In this document: piece by piece, positions 60,901 to 64,000 of the stretch
How the letters are laid out: each line of letters opens with the position of its first letter
How positions within the stretch are numbered: position 1 is the stretch's first letter
Source: Aplysia californica
Taxonomy: Eukaryota
Direction: 5' to 3'
Assembly: GCF_000002075.1 (NCBI RefSeq)
Contig: NW_004797478.1
Span: 446,197 to 510,196 of the forward strand
Length of the DNA stretch: 64,000 nucleotides
Translations under genes and position numbers: made by a program
The notes under the pieces: generated by a model
The model's database searches: none
Seen by the model: only the letters and a program-made list of their open reading frames with translations
What the model was told of the DNA's origin: nothing

Positions 60901-62585
60901 ACACGACAAATAGGCAAGAGGATGTTCTTGAACACAATCAACTTGTTGGATTACTTGGTTCGAATCTGTGCCAATGTGGCAAAAGACAGTCCTAGCGAGG
61001 TCAGAATCCGGTCAGTGAGTGTTAGCGAGACTTGTGAAGGGGTGACTCGGTTCCTGGACAGTTATGTGACAATAATGCCATCTCATTCCGGCCAGAAGAA
61101 GAGTGATGAGACCTACATCGAGCCCCTTTTCAACAGTTATTACAATCTTTATTAAAAATACGCTCGGTTTGCATTTTTAAAAAGTAACAAAACTGGCATG
61201 CCAGAAGGTTTTTATGGATAATATATATTGTGAGAGAAGATTTGAAATCTTCCTACCCCACAAAGACCGGAGCGACATTTGTGTAGCTTTTGAGGTAGGA
61301 AATCTCTTTGACGAGGACTATTCAGCACACAGGGAAGACAAAGAACGTGCGAGATGCAAGAAGAACAGTGACAAGGTCTAAGCCTCATCCAGCGATGGAA
61401 AAATCAAGTTGATAGCAATGGATTTGCAGGGTATTCTCCTACTACCCCATCTTAGAAAGCTTCAGAGCGCTGTTATCTTTCAAAACTATGTGTCCACAAT
61501 TTCACTGTCTTTGACTGTGTGATATGCACGAAGTCTCCTTGAATATAAAAAGAGCTCTATAAGGTGTAACCGAGCTTTTCCTACATGACTCACTTTGAAA
61601 TGATGATGTTTGATTTCTCTGAGACCATCGGTGTCTGTGAAAACTGCGCTGAATGGCTGCAGACGATCCTCAGCAGGGTACTTGGCACAGGCAAAAACTT
61701 TCGTCGCTTTGTTGCTTCCCTTGAGTTTGTCCACGCGAGCTGCAGCCACATTAACTCGGTCGTTAATCTTTTGCAAATGTGCCTTGTTTTCTGTCACCCT
61801 CTTGCCGATTCTAGCAAACACTTCATTTGCTACCTGGGGCCGACAAATCAATCAGATTTTAAAAATACATTATATCTCAAGATAACATGGAACATTAAGT
61901 GACAGCTTTTATCACCATCGAAAAAGCTGTAAACTGATAAGGAAATAAAAATGAGTCTAAAGTTAACCCTCATAAAAAAATGACTGGCACTTATGAACCT
62001 CTTTACTGTCTGTATCAGGCAGTTGAGTTTTCTGAATCAAAAAATTTCAGAGATTGTGATAGTTTCTTCAGCTGGGGTAAATCCTTGTCATGGTATATTG
62101 CAAAAAAGTCAGTGACAAAGGTCCATAAACTACCTTCGTGAAAAATGTTAAGTCGTAAAGGCTGAGGTTTTAAAAAAAAAATCAATATAAATGTAAAGTG
62201 AAGCTGTGTTAAGTTAGAACCTGAAACATTAATTCCCTCTAGCTATTACAGTTTTCTTCAACAAGCTATTTAGAAATATAAGAATCTAAAGAACAGATCA
62301 AAGAAATTAAACAAAACATTAAATACGGTCACAGAGTTTTAAAACACTTTTTCAACTTGATATTTCAAAAGAAAGAGGCACAAATTATGAGCGATCCTTA
62401 CATTTAGAAAAACAACTCTTGTTGTGTATATCTAATTAATGCTCCCATACTATAAACAAAAAAATCTGTACCCCTACCTTATCTAAATATTCAAGGGCAT
62501 CTGCAATGTGGTGTATTGTCTCCTCTCTGCGGAGGTCAGGAGGAATCGTTGGGACATTAAATCCCTGGATTCCCATGACGACCAT
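50945..62585 (-). CDS. WASHC1: WASH complex subunit 1 (Arp2/3 nucleation-promoting factor), whole gene: complement(join(62585-62478, 61833-61594, 57897-57716, 54687-54476, 52242-gap at 52053, about 51445-50945))
   Basis: WAHD motifs PDLRREE, KGSNKATKVFACAKYP, EGLGGLP, SVSSLLLFNTTENPYKKY..LDPL; poly-Pro; WH2 GRQSLLDSIVQAGG..LKSAKDRK; central GDLMSDLFSKLTMRRRGISG; acidic end DDDDDGDDWD*. Confidence 0.95.
51912..52052. other. (GA)n microsatellite followed by an assembly gap (100 N, 51953-52052)
   Basis: Seen directly. Confidence 1.
52053..52242 (-). CDS. WASHC1: WASHC1 coding exon 5 (runs into the gap)
   Basis: tctctcag|GG GTT GCC GAC GAC TTG; GVADDLAFSADQGPSIAPSV...PPPPPPSGPP. Confidence 0.9.
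52930..53512. mobile_element. piggyBac-like MITE
   Basis: TTAA-CCCTTTCGTTGCC ... GGCAACTAAGGGG-TTAA. Confidence 0.7.
54476..54687 (-). CDS. WASHC1: WASHC1 coding exon 4 (212 nt)
   Basis: cttcag|T TAC AAG AAG TAT...CTC CCA G|gtaagt. Confidence 0.95.
55034..57459. mobile_element. hAT-like non-autonomous element (2.4 kb) containing a LINE fragment and a SINE
   Basis: TIR CTGAC(ATC/TTT)GTAGTTTTCTGC; TSD GTATGAAG (55026-55033) / GTATGAAA (57460-57467); AAATTCTGC subterminal repeats; RTE-like GPNILKSEV...GKAAGEDGI near 56390-56480. Confidence 0.75.
57716..57897 (-). CDS. WASHC1: WASHC1 coding exon 3 (182 nt)
   Basis: tttatag|GTG CAG GAA AAG...GAG AAT CC|gtgagt. Confidence 0.95.
59788..60480. repeat. 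Minisatellite built on GGTAGGAGACAGTGGTATGTC(T/C)(G/C)G (about 24-bp unit) with CAGTGG variants
   Basis: Seen directly; produces repetitive ORFs on both strands. Confidence 0.9.
60600..61545 (+). mobile_element. Degenerate Sola-like DNA transposase relic
   Basis: Frameshifted fragments KRMFLNTINL, MPSH..KKSDETYIEPLFNSYYNLY, KD.SDIC, AMDLQGILLLP and KLCVHNFTVFD match the motif order I recall for Sola-type transposases. Confidence 0.55.
61594..61833 (-). CDS. WASHC1: WASHC1 coding exon 2 (240 nt)
   Basis: ccccag|GTA GCA AAT GAA...TTC AAA|gtgagt. Confidence 0.95.
62478..62585 (-). CDS. WASHC1: WASHC1 coding exon 1 (not in ORF track)
   Basis: Acceptor ttgcag| with the exon starting at 62596; ATG at 62585 or in-frame ATG at 62576; (MVV)MGIQGFNVPTIPPDLRREETIHHIADALEYLDK|gtaggg. 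Confidence 0.92.
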
Positions 62586-63292
62586 TTAATGAAAACCTGC
62601 AATGATATAACAAAAGAGCCTGTATGGTAACCTGGGTCATTCGAGTACAAGATAGATTCAATGAAGGACTGGATTTCTTATGCTCCAATACTGATTGAAT
62701 AAACATCCACTGCAGATTAAGCATTATATGTTTAATCAGTCTAATTAAAGACTTCAAACATCCTACGACACATTTTTCTGTATTTATATATGGGTCAAAA
62801 ACGATGACCTACGGGGAAGGCTAATACATAAATACACCTAAAACTTTAAGTTGAAAAGTTCCAAAAATTGGGGACAGGGATCTACCTGACTCCGACTTGA
62901 TAAGGCACTCTGTGAGGAACCCCCCCCCCGTTGCAACAAAAATTCCGCTGCTGGTGCGCTGCGTGCAATAATAATACATTTTTTACTTTTAAAAACTTAC
63001 ACAGGCACATTTTTCATTTGACTATATTTTTAGAATGCACCATGTCCCTCCATGAAGATGAACTAATAGTAATAGGATAATGCACTGTGGGTCTTACTGC
63101 TGGGGCCAGTTTTCAATATGCCCGCCAGATGTTTGATTCCACAGACTCATGCGCAACTAACGTAGCTCTATGACTATCATTGTTCAGTGGCCAGGAGAAA
63201 AATAATAACAATGTTGCATCTGTACCACACCTCTGCTAACAATCCATGCCCGCCATGCGCATCAACAATTCCCAAACGCATACACAGCACAT

Positions 63293-63768
63293 TAGTGCTG
63301 GGACGATACCACTATTTAGGAATCGATACGATACGTGATACTTTTTCAAAGAATCGATTCGATACCGATTCTGATACCTAGTAGGCCTACTTGTACTTGA
63401 TCGATAAAAAAAATATTCTTTACCAATGCACACATCATGCACGCAAAATCAACACATTAACCTGAGAATGCAAATGTTTTTTTGCATATATAATAAACAC
63501 TTAACCTGTGAAGGAATATCCTTCTCAAAATGTTCCCACACAATACTAGTCTTTCTTGATGCCATGTTGATTTATAGGCGAAGAGCGCATTTCTTTTTTT
63601 AACCGGATGTTTCGATTGGACTTGAAAACAACAAGAGTATCATCCCTTGGATCAGTGAATTGCCTGGGAATAATTAGTCCCCATGTATCGAATCCTTTTC
63701 TAAAGTATCGATTCGATTCTGATACCATCAGGGTATCGATGCATCGAATCGATTCCCGCCCAGCACTA
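63293..63768. mobile_element. hAT (Ac-like) MITE
   Basis: TIR TAGTGCTGGG / CCCAGCACTA; perfect 8-bp TSD CAGCACAT (63285-63292 and 63769-63776); ATCGAT / GATAC subterminal repeats. Confidence 0.9.
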
Positions 63769-64000
63769 CAGCACATGTGCTGGCCACCTTTCCAAACGCA
63801 CTCACAGCACATGTACTGGCCACTTTTCCAACCTCTTTCAACTCCAGCTCATGCTCAAACACGTCCTATGTACGTACCCATCTGATTAGTCCCACAAGAT
63901 GACTGTGTGACTCTGATAAGTCACTTGCAGAGTACAGTATGCCTTACGCAATGCATGAAATGATTCATGGTACAGGGGAAATAACATTCCATTGGAACAG

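Overview
Animal (eukaryotic) genomic DNA, repeat-rich, with two 100-N assembly gaps; probably a lophotrochozoan such as a mollusc (inference). It holds two convergent multi-exon genes. (1) COQ2, 4-hydroxybenzoate polyprenyltransferase, on the + strand, CDS 6778-32405. It carries two tandem, mutually exclusive versions of coding exon 5. Exon 14625-14755 (GLTLNWG...YDTIYSHQ) has the Leu/Ser pair diagnostic of the rhodoquinone-making COQ-2e isoform. Exon 18885-19018 (GFTFNYG...YDTIYAHQ) has the Phe/Ala pair of the ubiquinone-making COQ-2a isoform. This predicts a splicing switch between aerobic (UQ) and anaerobic, fumarate-reducing (RQ) mitochondrial electron transport. The switch is already described in other animals; what the window adds is this instance and a one-codon-shorter RQ-type exon. 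(2) WASHC1 (WASH1) on the - strand, CDS 62585-50945, whose proline-rich region is broken by a gap. The remainder is mostly transposons: a four-level nested DNA-transposon stack upstream of COQ2 with a THAP-domain remnant, two decayed RNase H-type LINEs (one with its RT replaced by locally templated patches), tRNA-derived SINEs, MITEs with visible TIRs and TSDs, a Sola-like transposase relic and a minisatellite. All coordinates were read by hand; TE family names come from motif recognition, not database searches.
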